Source of the DNA: Hyphochytrium catenoides
Taxonomy: Eukaryota > Protista > Hyphochytriomycota
NCBI GenBank assembly: GCA_900088475.1
Contig: FLMG01003251.1
Span: 70,762 to 134,761 of the forward strand
Direction: 5' to 3'
Length of the DNA stretch: 64,000 nt
In this document: positions 1 through 12,298 of the stretch, in pieces
Layout of the letters: each line of letters begins with the position of its first letter
Position numbering within the stretch: the first letter of the stretch is position 1
Notes under the pieces: model-generated
Told to the model about the DNA's origin: nothing
Seen by the model: the letters and a program-made list of their open reading frames with translations, nothing else
Databases searched by the model: none
Made by a program: the position numbers and the translations under genes

Positions 1-3000
1 AGCGGTGTAGGACGCCTGCACTTCTGTTGGGGCTACCTTCCACTCACAAGAAACAAGGTCGTGGTATCTATAAGCGTTCTCTTCCTTCGTGTCCTCCTCA
101 TCTTCTTCACCGTTCTGGTGAGACTCTATCCGCTGCCCGAGTCGTCCGTAGGTTCTTTCCCTGCTCTTTCTGCCTTTTCCTCTACGAGAATCAAATGACC
201 TCAAAGGAAAGGCCTGGCTTAGGGCGAGCTCCCCATCTATAAGGACAGGGCAGAGTCGAATCCAACCACGTAGTAGCTCAGATAACGTGACCGTCGTTGC
301 GTCTCCTGCCTCCAAAACTATGGATGGCGTTAGCTTCTCCTCTTCCTTCTTTGTCTCTTCAATGCCCTTTGCCGTTGAGTCCATAGGCACATCGATTATA
401 TGACTCTCTTCAGAAGAGAGAAAATAAAGTCGTAGAGGCACTCCCAGCAGGTTCTTGATCCGGAGAGGTGAACGAACTCGAAGCACTCTGGTTCCTCCCT
501 CGGCCACCAGATCACAAAGAATGTAGAGATGTTTGGGGTCATCCTCCGACAGTATGGGCCTATCAGCTCTGCCGAGTGAAAAGCCCCGGGAACCTTCATG
601 GTCGACTGTTACCTGAACGGGCTCAAACTCACTTTCTCCCAATGGTTCTCCAGATCCCACGTCCTCCGTCTCCAATTTTCCTATTTTTATCCATACTTTA
701 CGTCTGGACGAAGGCGCCCAACGCCCTGATGGAAAGGTGTGGGCACTTACACCAGTTGGCACCAAAGTGCCAGCCTTCACGCTCCGCCAAGACTCAGGGT
801 TGGGACGGGGCGAGGGAAGAAGGCTTTTCTTTCCCACACGAGAAAAGGACGGTGCTTTGAGCTCATGTATGGTCTCAAAGGTATAAAACAGCTCTACGCC
901 CAGTTGGTTGTCTATGCACAGTTCTGTACCCAAGGAGTTGACGACGCTTTCCGCTCCGAAGTCCCTATACGTATCCAGGATCATATTAAGAAAAGGCTGA
1001 GTGACGTTAACCTCGACGCTGCTCCCAAAAGAAAGAAGAGTTGCATATTCTGGGAGAACGGCTTCCTCCTGGTCCCTTTCTCTTTCTTTTCCGTCATCGT
1101 CGGAAGGGAGAAGATCCTGCAAGAGCATTTTGGAAAAGTGTTGCGCTCTTTCTGAGGCCTGGAACCAGCCTGATAGTCCCCAATTCATGGATGGGGACAA
1201 TGATGATGGTGAAGAGAGGGTAAGGTTACGCGCTTCTTGGTATTGCAGGTCGGACAGGATTCCTCCTCGATAGTGGCTACTATATGAGAAGGAGAAGGTC
1301 TCCACCAAAGGCTCCCAAAGTGCGCGCACCTTATTATAGTATTGGACTTCTGCAGACATGGAGGCCAGAAGCGATTGCCTTCCATCGAAGGAGGAAGACT
1401 GAATGACACGGAGACCCTCAAGACAAAGGTAGAAAAGTGGGACCTGCATGTTATTCGCATCGTTGACGATCAGAATCCGACATTGCTTTACATCCAGCCA
1501 GACGGTGCGATTAAGCTTGGCGGACACGGGTCTCTGCCTCCGGGGAGATAACGAAGACGGAGAAGAGGAAGACGCTACTGGTGTTTGCTCTGTCAGCGGG
1601 GCTGCTTGCACCCCTTCGGTCAGAAAAGAGACGGGAGCATTGCCATATCCATTTGTCATTAGCATTCCGCCCGTTTCCTTTTCTCGCTGATAGTTACTGA
1701 TGCCATCCAAAAATATAGTGTCTCCTATCTGGACCACACCTCCCCGCAAGCCTTGCAATCTGTACTTACTCTCTTTCCATAGCCTGGTCTCCCAAACTCT
1801 ATCCCCGCCAAATGATAGTGCTCCATATACTTTCTCATCTTCAGTAAGCCACTCACCCTCAACATTTGACAGGCGCACTACGTCACCATAACGAACAGTC
1901 TCCCCAACCTTCCTGTTGGAACTTGGAGAGGGCCAAACGCGCAGCTGCACTTCGCGACATCTCTCCCCACTCGGGTTAATGGGAGGTAGGACCAAAATTG
2001 ACTTTCCGCCAAAACTTCCTAGCTCCAGTACGGGACCGTAGCCAAAATTGTGATCCCCGGTCCAGAGAGGCTCATAGGTTGTCCGTGAAAAGAGCCGGAG
2101 AACAGAAGAACCATAGACGAGAGGTCGCCTCGTTGTTGCCCTCTCCTTTTCAACAGGGCTAAATATCTCTTCCTCCTGATGGAGATACAGCGCTCCAGGC
2201 TGTCTCACTGAAAGCAGATGGTTCAAGCCAGCCCTAATTGTTGTACCATCGACGTAACCTACTCGGACGGAGACCTCTTCGTCGGAAGCCAGAGAAAGTC
2301 CCATAGAGCCGTCCATTATATCCCTTTCTAACATCATACGCAAAGCAAATGGTGATATAGCATCGCTGCTAGTGGGAGCAGGAAGAGAAGTAGGCAACAG
2401 ATCTTTGGATGCCGCGGTGCCTCGGATATGGTCCATCGAGAGTGACAGAGAAGCTTTCGGGTTGTCAGAGGAAGCCAAATACTTTCCCTGGAGCTCCCAA
2501 GTCAGCATCATCGCAGGGGAGTCTCCGTCCGTGACGTCCTTGACAAGGCAGATAGATGGGTGTTGAAGTTCGAGCGATACGCTCATGAGATAAGGAGGGC
2601 CTTGGTCATGAGCAACCCCATTAGTTCCTTCCTCAGAGCTGGTTGGAGAGCTCCCACCGTCGTTTCCAATGTACTCATCTGCAAGATTCGATCCGGCGGG
2701 AGGCATAGGATTGTAGTAGAAATCGATCATGACGAACAATAAATCAGATGCAATGAGTCTTAGGCCTGCAATAGATAAAGATACGTCGGTCGTAGCCAGT
2801 TTTCTCCCGTGCTCCAATTCTTGAACCATCCTGCTAGTCACGACGAGTGATAGCGGAGGCCTCCGCCGGTTTGCAGCCTGCTCCTTTGCCTTCTCCAGAG
2901 ACAGAAACTGTTGGAACTCTGAGAAGAAAGTAGAGGTCGAGGCCCGAGTGTCCTGAATGACGAGGCCCTGAAGACGTAGCTCAATTGAGGAGGTGCCTAT

Positions 3001-6000
3001 AAGAGAAATGTCATACACAACCTCAAACTCCGAAAGGCGCAAACGAGCCAGAGAGAAAGCGCTCTTCTGGTCCTCGCTCCCAATATAGAGATCGCCGCTC
3101 TCGGTTGGAGTGAAGCCATGGTCCCAGCTGACTATCTCAAGAATGATCACGGGAATATTGACCCTCACACTCATTGACGAAGCTAGCACTCCTCCTCCTC
3201 GCCCTTCGTCTCTTTCGAGCCTTTCTGAACTGCCGTAGGTCTCTGTTCTCCTCTCTTGTACACATATAAGAGCTCTTTCCTGGAAGTTGGAGCGGGGAAT
3301 AGCCTGGTCACCCAATAGTGTTGCATGCTGCAACTGAGAGAGGACGAATGGCAGCCGAGATGTATGGACCGCCACCGAGAGGTGGCGATCGACGTTAATC
3401 GTAGCACTGATTGTTGCACTGCCCATCAAACTTTGCTCCTCCATCCGCAAACCTTGGGATACATGATCTTGAAGGGAGCGTCGCGGACTTGTCCAATCTG
3501 GAGACCGGCCGACAGAGAGATAGGAGACAATGCGTAGGTCCGAGACACAGACTTCCAGCTTACATAGCGATCTCGCTGCCAAAATATCTGCGGGCTCCTC
3601 AAGAGTATCATAGAACTCATCGTCTAGCGCCTCAGAGTCCGCAGGACTCAAGACCTGCTCCTTTCTCTCTTCCTTGTCCAACGGAAGCGTGGAAGAATTA
3701 TCGATCTTCAAACCCCCTAGCAGCAACCTCAACGATTCTTTGCTATACGAGTTACGAGGCATCTCTATTGCCGCACCGGTCACCTCAATCTCTATTTTGG
3801 GAAGGAGGGCGACAGGTACGTCATCGTACATAATGCCCTGAGAAGTCAGCCGGCCCTCATCCTGCTCGTCGCTCTTCATTTTTATTTCGGACCCATCATT
3901 TGAGGCTGACATGAGTGCCAGAGCCTGCATGATGGGCCCAGATGTAGCCCAAAGTCTCACTTCATCAAGAAACCGATTGAGAAAGATGAGACGAGGCCTT
4001 GATAAAGATAGAGAGATTCCGAACTTATAGCCCGGGTGCCAGGATTGGTTGTCAAAGGGTATCCAAGAGATTAAGGAGCCGCTGAATATCTGCCTCTGTT
4101 TTACCTGAGCAGACCTTTCTCCGCCTTCTTTTTCAAAGGTCAGGATGTCTCTGTGGAGCTTGCCAAGAGGTGTGAGGTCTTGCACCATAACATTTGAAAT
4201 AGAAAAGTCCGTCTTTAGGGAGCGGGGAGTTTGCCTAAGCTCAACTTCTAGACCCGACGTAGAAAGTTTAGCGACTGGACCCTGGAGTTCGGAGTTTAGA
4301 GTCACTGCCAGTCGTTGAAGCTTCAGCCTCACCATGAGTACTAGGACGTCCTCATAGTGTTCACTGAAACTCTTCCCTTTGCGGCCGCCAGAGTATTCTG
4401 GATCACCCATGAAAGAGCCAGAAAAGCTGCTAGCACTACCGCTCCGCCTAGAGTGAGGTGTGATCATAGTGACAACGTCAGAGCGGACGCTGCTCACCAG
4501 TTCTCGGACCCTGTATCTACCTCCCCCTCTCACACTACTCTGGGGCAGTGTCTCTACACTACTTTGCTTGCCTCTCTCCTTCAACGTAGGCTCCTTCTTA
4601 CTAGGGCCCTCGCCGGTGGCAGTGCCAAAGGATAGCAGGAGAGCAGAAATAGTGTCCCTATTGAGGTACAGATTCATGCTCCCGAGGCTCATATCAATGG
4701 CTACGCATCCCGCAGTCATGGCGTCTCTCGTCCACTGTGTTTCATCCTGGCTTTTTCCTGTTAACTCGCTTTCCTCTACCTCAAGAACTGCAGACGGGGC
4801 TTCTGCGCTGATACTCGTCACTGAGACGGCCATAAGCTCTCTACCAAGAGCATCTCGAGTGCTGGATGTAGCTGTCATCGTAGAGCTTTCGGATGCATAC
4901 AACGCTTGGCCCCCAATGGCTAGAAGCCTCTCCCTTTCCGGAAGGTCCTCAGTTCTTGCCGGACGGCAATGCAAGTCTCCGTTATCTCCAGTTCGACGCT
5001 GAGTGAAGAGTCTTTCTCGCTGCTTATCTTCAATCACGAGGGACGATAGGGTTATCCTACTATCACTTCGGTACATCTTCTGCTCTGCGAAAAGGGAGGC
5101 GTCCTGTACTACTATGGAAACAAGAGATGTCTCCGGCGAGATATCCTCTCCCGCCTTTTGCGTACCAAGCGAGATGCAGAGGAGCGAGAGGGAGATTGAT
5201 GTCTGCATCACTACTCTCTTCCTTACAATGGTCTCCTCTTCTTCGGTAAGAGAAACATCCAGGGCATTCCTTTTTTTCTTTCTCAAAGACCGAAGCCGGG
5301 GCAACTTCACCGCCCTTCTCCTGGTTTCAGAAAAGGTTCCCCCAGAGTCCCCACTATGGGGTGAGCTCCCAGTGTGACTTCTTTGGAGAGGAGCAAAATC
5401 TACCTTCTTCTGAGCTGTAGAAGAGAGTATGGTCCGTCCTATTGGTTCCTGAAGAAAGTCCTGACCTCCATCTGCTTCCTTCCTTTCTGCTCTCAACAGC
5501 TCTTCCTTGTGTGATTTTCCAAGCGCTGCAGCCAGGCGGAGGAGTTGTGCGTAACGAACCGAAGAAAGAGTCAGTGAAAGAGGAGAAACCACGCCAACTA
5601 GGCGCGAAATAGGAATGTTGACATCGTTACGCACAATCGAGGTAAAGAAAGAGAAGCGTAATCCCACGTCGGAGATGAGAGAGAGGTGCGAGAGAAACGG
5701 TTCTCCCGGGATGAACTCTTCCGTTCCCCCAACAAAGATACCAAAGCCACTGGTCGTGATACTGATACAGTCATAGAGAAGGTCAGAATCCACCTCTGCT
5801 TGACCAGAGTAAGTCGCCATCTCCTTCGCTTCAGATTGCCTCTTGTCTGATCCGGGGGAAGCAGGAGCTCGCTGAGCTTCTGTTGCTGTCGATTTGCCTT
5901 CAGGCTTTTGTGCATCCTCCGTATTTGTCAAGGCGGCCATTGGCATTGAACACACACTCTTACTGGCCTCATCTTGGCGCTTAGAGGGGCAACTGACAAC

Positions 6001-9000
6001 GTTGAGTCTCCCCGCATTGATAACTAGTAGAGCACTCTGAGCTTTTAGACTTCTTACATCTTCGGGAACTTTTATCCTAGGGCCCGCTATCCTAACGTCA
6101 AGGCTCACTCTCTTGTGCCTCTTGATGGCCTCAGAGAGCTGGGAGGAAGAGAGCGACCGTAGATTTCGAATTTGAGTAAGTGCTGCACTCTTGGCTGCCT
6201 CCAGGTTGATACTGGAAGGAGGGGAGAAAAACGCAATGGCGCAGGTGGTTGCAGGGACACTGATAACTATATCTAGGGGTTGAACGTAGAGGTGAAATCG
6301 CAATGAAGCTGAGCCATCCAGAGGTGGAGCTTCCACTCGCATCATAACAAAGGGAAGGGGGTCTTCACAACGAGAGAGACGAAGGCAAGCAAGCTCTTGA
6401 CTCGGATGTAAAATCGCTGTGTCTTTTAGAGACAGCCTGCTGATAATACGCTTATACTCGGTGGCCCGAGTGCCATGATCCGTCAGGGACAGGTCAGAGA
6501 GCTTCACATACCCTTCAACCCCGCCTGCGCGTAGTACAGTTGTTATCTCAGTGCTGATTAAAGATGCATGGAGAAGGACATCTTCGCTGCCTCCATGACC
6601 TGCCGTTGTGCTGTGCTTGTTCCGCTTCTTGTCGGCTGAAAGGGTGACAGAAGCTGTGCCCAAAACGGCCGTTAGGTCCAAGATAATGTCTCTCGGATTC
6701 TCTGGTGTCGCTCTCGTCGCCTCGGGGTCGAAGTTGATGACCTCATAGAGCTGTTTTTGATCTTCAACAGTAAGTTCGCCGAGAGCCGTTTCAGGAGTAG
6801 TAGAGGAGGAAGCTTTCTTTGTACCATAAAACCAAGAGTACCACGAAGAGCCTGACTTCTGCTCTTCTTCCGCTAACTTCTTCTTCTCCTCTTCCTCTTG
6901 TTTTTTCTCCTTTTCTGCCTCGACTGCCGCTAAACTTCTAAGGTAAACAACGTCGGAGACTTCAAAAACGGTATCTAACGAAGCTAGTAACCCTATATCG
7001 TCAGGAGTCAGCTCTTTGCTAAGCTGTGGATCCTGATGGATTGAAGAAAACGCCCGCGGCAGGTTAGTCCCTACTATCTCGCCCGTAAAGATTGCGACTT
7101 TTTTTAACTGCACCTGCTTTCGTTTGTATAATTCAACGTACTGCCTTCGCTTCTTCTGATGTATCAATAGGTTGGCCCAGTCAATACCCCGCTTCTGGTC
7201 TCTCAGGTCGGTGGTGATGGCCCTAATCGCAAAGTGCCACCATGCCGCTGGATCCTTCTTGGGGGTTGAGGAGGGGCGCATGTGTTTGTACCTAGCGCGG
7301 GCAGAGAGAAGATGGATAGTGGAGACAAGGGAGAGTAAAGAAAGGTATTGCTCTCTTCTAAGCTCCACGCCGAAATCCTCAAAGGAACAGCGGACAGATA
7401 CCATCGGTGTGGGGTCGTCCCTGACCCAGATGGCGGCTGCGTGGAATTCGCTAATCACCTCCTCGAGACCCTTGCTGGGCACTGATCCCCATTGCAAACA
7501 GGCATTCAATGCGTCTTTGAACCCTTGAAGGGAAGGGGGGCCGGGCCCTTCTCTCTCTCTGTGGTATTGGGCCATAGACCACGCCTCAGTGAAGAGGTAG
7601 GTTAGCGTCCACTTCATATTTCCCACTCTGGGAGGCATTCGCTGGACAAACTCTTCCCATTCCTCTTGGCCTATCGCCTCTATGCACCGCAACTTCCATG
7701 TAATGCCCAACCTATCCATCACGCGGCTGTTAAACTCAGATTTAGCCCTATCCGTTCTTAGGCTTGTGTCAGACTCGTTTATAGTGATCTTCACAGTCCC
7801 ACTGACAGGATTAAGGATATACTTGAACCCATTACGAGGCAGATCGAAGGGGGCACCCATTCTTGTTGTGAAGCCCTCTTCTTCCTTGATCGCCTAAGAC
7901 ACCATCATAGGAAGAACTGAGTGAGCAAAGGATGAAAGGGAAGGGCAAGATGCGTCCGCTAGAGCAATAAAGAGGGACCCGGTCTGAAGAAGGGTAAGAA
8001 GGCAAAGCCCGAAGGGGGAGGTCCGAAGAAGTGAGGTGCGATGGGGAAGAGGGTGCGAGAGAGGAGCGGGACGGAGGCTGAAGTAGAAGGGTTCTTGAAA
8101 AGGAAGTTCGGCATCCAAGTGCTAATGAACGCTCACCTCGTCGAGAGCATTCCAGTACACTGCCAGGTTTGTGAGGTCACATTGCTTTCTAATAAGCTCT
8201 GCCGCCGGCTGTCTCTCCGTCACTCTCTTAGTATATTTCCCTGTTTCATCGACCGTCATCACGTAGAGTTTCTCCATGACCAAGCCAAATGAAGATACAT
8301 CAGACGATTTGCTTATGCCGTCTTCCACCCGTATGTGCACTCGTTTGATCTGTATCTGAACGTTGTCGATGAGGCGGATAAGCAGCCGCATCCAAAAGGA
8401 GTCTCGAACAGAGGTGGGCTTAGAGGTAGTATCACTAGTTCCATCTTCTCTCTGCTTGGCTGCATCTTCAATGGCTTTAAGCTCTTTTTGCCGTTTAGCA
8501 AAGCGATCCCTGTCCTCTTTCTCCTTGTCATAGTGAGCCTCACTCTTCAAGGATACCGCCAGGTAGAGCTCGTCTGGCAAGAAGAGATGCTAAGCAGGTT
8601 GAGAACATTACCGCCACTGTTCGTTTGCTCACCTATTTCTAGCTCTATCGACTTGCTGGAAAGCTGAGTCCAAGGAACCTGTACAGCACGGATGTCAGAA
8701 AATGCAATAGCCTTTTCTCTCCTCTACCACATGTGAATACAAGGGTCTCTGCTACTCAGAGGCACTAGAGAGCCCTTACTTTGATAATTAGGCTGCTTAT
8801 CAGCCCTCTTGATACGTGGAGTGGTAGCTCAAGTTGCTCCAATATGCTCTCCTTGATCTCCTGCTCTCATCCGTAATCAGAGTTAGAAGAAGAAGATCCC
8901 AGAATTGCCAGGAAGGACTCACCAGATTTTTGAGTTCCACATCTCCTCGCCAAACGCTGACATTCAGGGACTCCTCATTCAGGTTCTTAACGTACGCACC

Positions 9001-9042
9001 CAGATAATGCTTGAGATACGAGAAGAGGTATTGCTGAAGCAT
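1..9042 (-). CDS. VPS13: VPS13-family bridge-like lipid transfer protein, 5' part; continues beyond the left edge of the window
   Basis: Chorein-N start MLQQYLFSYLKHYLGAYVKNLNEESLNVSVWRGDVELKNL. GT-AG exons 9042-8923, 8860-8780, 8678-8633, 8573-8137, then 7893-<1, with consistent phases. The last exon contains VPS13-type motifs YILNPVSG, QY..LL..ARYKHMRP..WWHFAI, YYN..WEPLVE and GGTRVLRVRSPLRIKNLLGVPL (VAB-repeat-like). The ORF track lists no stop-terminated minus ORF in this frame between 1 and 7893, consistent with one open frame; I spot-checked it but did not read every codon. Confidence 0.93.
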
Positions 9043-9837
9043 AGTTCAGCATAAGGGGACCCGAAGGTGCTCGTTAACGACCTCCGGTCCTTATCTCCGC
9101 ATACCGTGCGCCATGCGTTTGAAGCTAAGAGTCCCAGGCAGATGGCCTTGGGCCTCGCATACCTGTCCTTGGCGCTGATCTCTGCCCTTTGATCCTACGT
9201 GGGAGCTGGGGTGCCCAAAAGTTAGAAAGTGCGCGAGAGCTTGGAACCTCCCCCCTCGCTGTCTTCGTAGAAGGGCCTCTGTCATGCCGCTGCAGGGCCT
9301 ATCGCACGATACCAGCTATCCCAGCTCCTACTGATTGCCCTTCAGGATCGGGTGTCAGCCCTCATCAGTCATGAGAAGCGGCAGTTCTCATGCTCTGAGC
9401 AGGGAGGTGTTGAGCCCAGTCGCCAGCAAGATTCAGAACTCAACTTCGACATTTCTCCGCACAAAACCAACCCATCAACTCCATTCCTAATATAGGCACT
9501 CAATATCGCCATTATAGGTGATATACTATATTTCATTCTGAATCTCATCCTGCAGCAGCTTGTCAACATCAGCGCTGGAAGATTCTTCACCTGAGGATTT
9601 GATCACTTGTCATGCTTTGACAGGCATAACCGTCCTGGTCAGCAGCACTGACCAAAGGCCTGGGTACCCAACTGGAGGTGCCTCAGGCGCAGTGGCAAAG
9701 GACGCTCGGTCCCGCGGTTGGTAGAGGCAACAGACAACGCTGACGAAAGAGATCTGATGGAGTTTGTGTACCTATATTCAATACTCCGTACATAAACTTC
9801 TAGCACTAAAACTCTACTGAGGAGATGCAAAGTAGAA

Positions 9838-11170
9838 TCATCGCTTATGGCCAAGCAGAGGAGTCTTCTCGCCACGAAGAGCATACTCATCGTGTTCCGG
9901 CCGATTGGGCTTCACGATAAGAGGACTGTTCGCAATCTTGCCGCCGGATGGCGTGATAGGGAAAAACTTCTCTGTCTCTGAGTACTTAAACATTGGCCAC
10001 TTAATAGTAGCATTGTAGGTGGCCGTTCCAATGAAGAGGATGCCCATACCACCCAGCTCCAGCCAGCTCCACTTTGTCCAGGCCTCACCAAATGTTTGGT
10101 GTGTGAAGACATAGAAGAGAAGAAGGTCCGTGCCCCAGACAGCAATAGGTCTGAAGTTCTCCAGGATGGACCGCCATACAGATTCCAAGAGGAAAGTGAC
10201 AAAAATGGCGGACACATTGTATCCCGTGATGCTGAAGAGATAGACCAGTGTCATGCCAAAAAGAGAGGAGCTGTTCTTGATCATGACTATAGAGTCCCAG
10301 AAGTTCTCATAGCTTCCCCCCACATCATTGCCTGGGGCCAGATAAGCAGCCGGGAAGAGGATGAAGAGCATCAGCAGGGATCCCCAGAGGCCTTCCATAC
10401 CAACAACGACTAGCGGAGGAGTATCATCGTCACCCATGACCTTCTCCTCGAGGACGAATTGGAAGGCATTGAGTGAGCAACCAAGAAGGATGGTGAAGAT
10501 ACCCAGAGCCACATTAGAGCCCGCATTGGGGTCAACGAATGCTGACGCACTCACACATGCGATAGCTATCGCATTGAGCATTACTCCGGTCCAATGATAA
10601 GACGTGAGTTTGTGCTTCAAGACGAAGACCTTCAGCAACGCCACGATGACGATCACCATGCATCGTACCAACTGGTAGACGCTAACAGTGACATAGAGCA
10701 GTCCAATCATGAAAAGGGTGGTAGCCAGGAGATCTGTGATGGCTGGCAGGATCAGAATCCAGACAATCTTGGGCTTGATTCTTGGAGCCTTCTGGCCAGT
10801 CAGGTACAGGTAGGTGTAATGGATAGGTAGAGCTGCAATAGCACCGCAGTTCGGGGTAACGGGGGTCGATGAATCTGTTAGTAAGCAGCACAAAGGGCAA
10901 GAGAAGAACGATAGATGTACGACAACAATTCAAGGGCTCGAGAGCCCATAGAGCAAGAGAATGGATGACCTAGAGGGTGGGCCTGGCGGAGCACTCACCG
11001 ATTACCATCGCCACGAACATAATGAAGGTGGACATCAACGGCTTTTTGAATTTCACAATCTCTCCATCAGAGTTCTCAGATGTAATGCCATACATGACCT
11101 TGCTGGAGAGGGTGGCGCATGTCCCCATGGCCAGGGCCGTCAGGAAGACGGCGAGGGGCAAGAATTTCAT
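9838..11170 (-). CDS. SLC35F6-like / CRT-like DMT-superfamily multi-pass transporter
   Basis: Exons 11170-10999 and 10832-9838 (phase-1 GT-AG intron). About 10 hydrophobic segments. Motifs FKKPLMSTFIMFVAM, LPAITDLLATTL, SVYQLVR, QFVLEEK, VGMEGLWG, GEAWT..SWLEL.G. C-terminal EKTPLL fits the [DE]xxxLL endolysosomal sorting consensus. Confidence 0.82.
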
Positions 11171-11413
11171 GATTTGGATATGACGGAGAGGCTCTCCGCA
11201 AGCAATAATCTGGCTGTTCAAGATGTCTTCTCTCTTGTCAGGCAGCTGCTCTCTGAAGCTATCCTGTGGCGTGGATGACTGGGGAAGCCTTGCAACTCTC
11301 AACTGATAATTGAGAATGCCAAGACGGGGAATCTGAAGGATCTATCCAGAGGGCAAGCAGCGAGCAAGCGACATAGAAGGTAACTGTAGAAGTAGAAGGC
11401 GTTTGAGAAAAGT

Positions 11414-11487
11414 GGGAGAGAGAGGGAGAGAGGGAGAGAATGTGTGTGCGAGAGAGAGTGAGTGAGAGAGAGAAAGAGTGGGGGGGG

Positions 11488-11524
<37 letters not shown>

Positions 11525-11643
11525 AAAGAGAGAGAGCGCGCGAGAGAGAGAGCGCGAGAGAGAGAGAGCGCGGGCGCGAGAGAGAGAGAGAGAGAGCGCG
11601 CGAGAGAGAGAGCGCGAAAGAGAGAGAGCGCGCGAGAGAGAGA

Positions 11644-11683
<40 letters not shown>
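11414..11683. repeat. Compound (GA)n microsatellite interspersed with (GC)n blocks
   Basis: Directly visible, e.g. gagagagagcgcgaaagagagagagcgcgcgagagagagagcgcg. It produces the spurious RE/SL-rich ORFs at 11259-11885. Confidence 0.97.
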
Positions 11684-11687
<4 letters not shown>

Positions 11688-12298
11688 AAAGGCATGGCAT
11701 AACGAGAGATGATGGATACTCTTCGGAACCGAAGATATCCCAACATCAAGCCCTACTACTACTATCATACACAGCTCCTCAATGTTAGCCCTATCAGCTC
11801 CAGAAGAGCTATTACTACTGCAGTACAATAGCCGATGTGGTCTCTGTAGCGAGACAGAGTGATTGACAAGCAGTGGGTCAGACATAGTAAGTCGTCAACG
11901 GCCGTAGCGCCTCGTTGGGACAGCGGCCAGTCCTTTCTGAAGGTCAACAGAGTTTGGACATATCCACCTTGAAGTCCATAGAGAGGCCGATAGGGTGCGA
12001 CTGGTGATCAACCGACCGACAACCGACAACGCATCTCTGACTCTTCCTTGAGCACGCCAAGCGATTCCTCTCGAACTGAAGATAATCGGGGACATTTATC
12101 TCCTCGACACTGCCCAGAGAGCGTTTTTATTATGTTGAAAGAGAAGGCCCAATAGACATGAAGACAGTGCTTCACTTAGCGCACTTAGGATTATTCCCAC
12201 CTTGTCCAATGCTTGTTAGGATAGACCTTTCCGAGTCTCTTCCAGACAAATCCGCAATGGAGGAGGGAAGAAGACGGAGCTGGAAGGATTATTTATGT

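Noticed and set aside
27-7897. Many plus-strand and alternative-frame ORFs over the first 8 kb
   Set aside because: They are shadows of the long minus-strand VPS13 exon and show no independent motifs.
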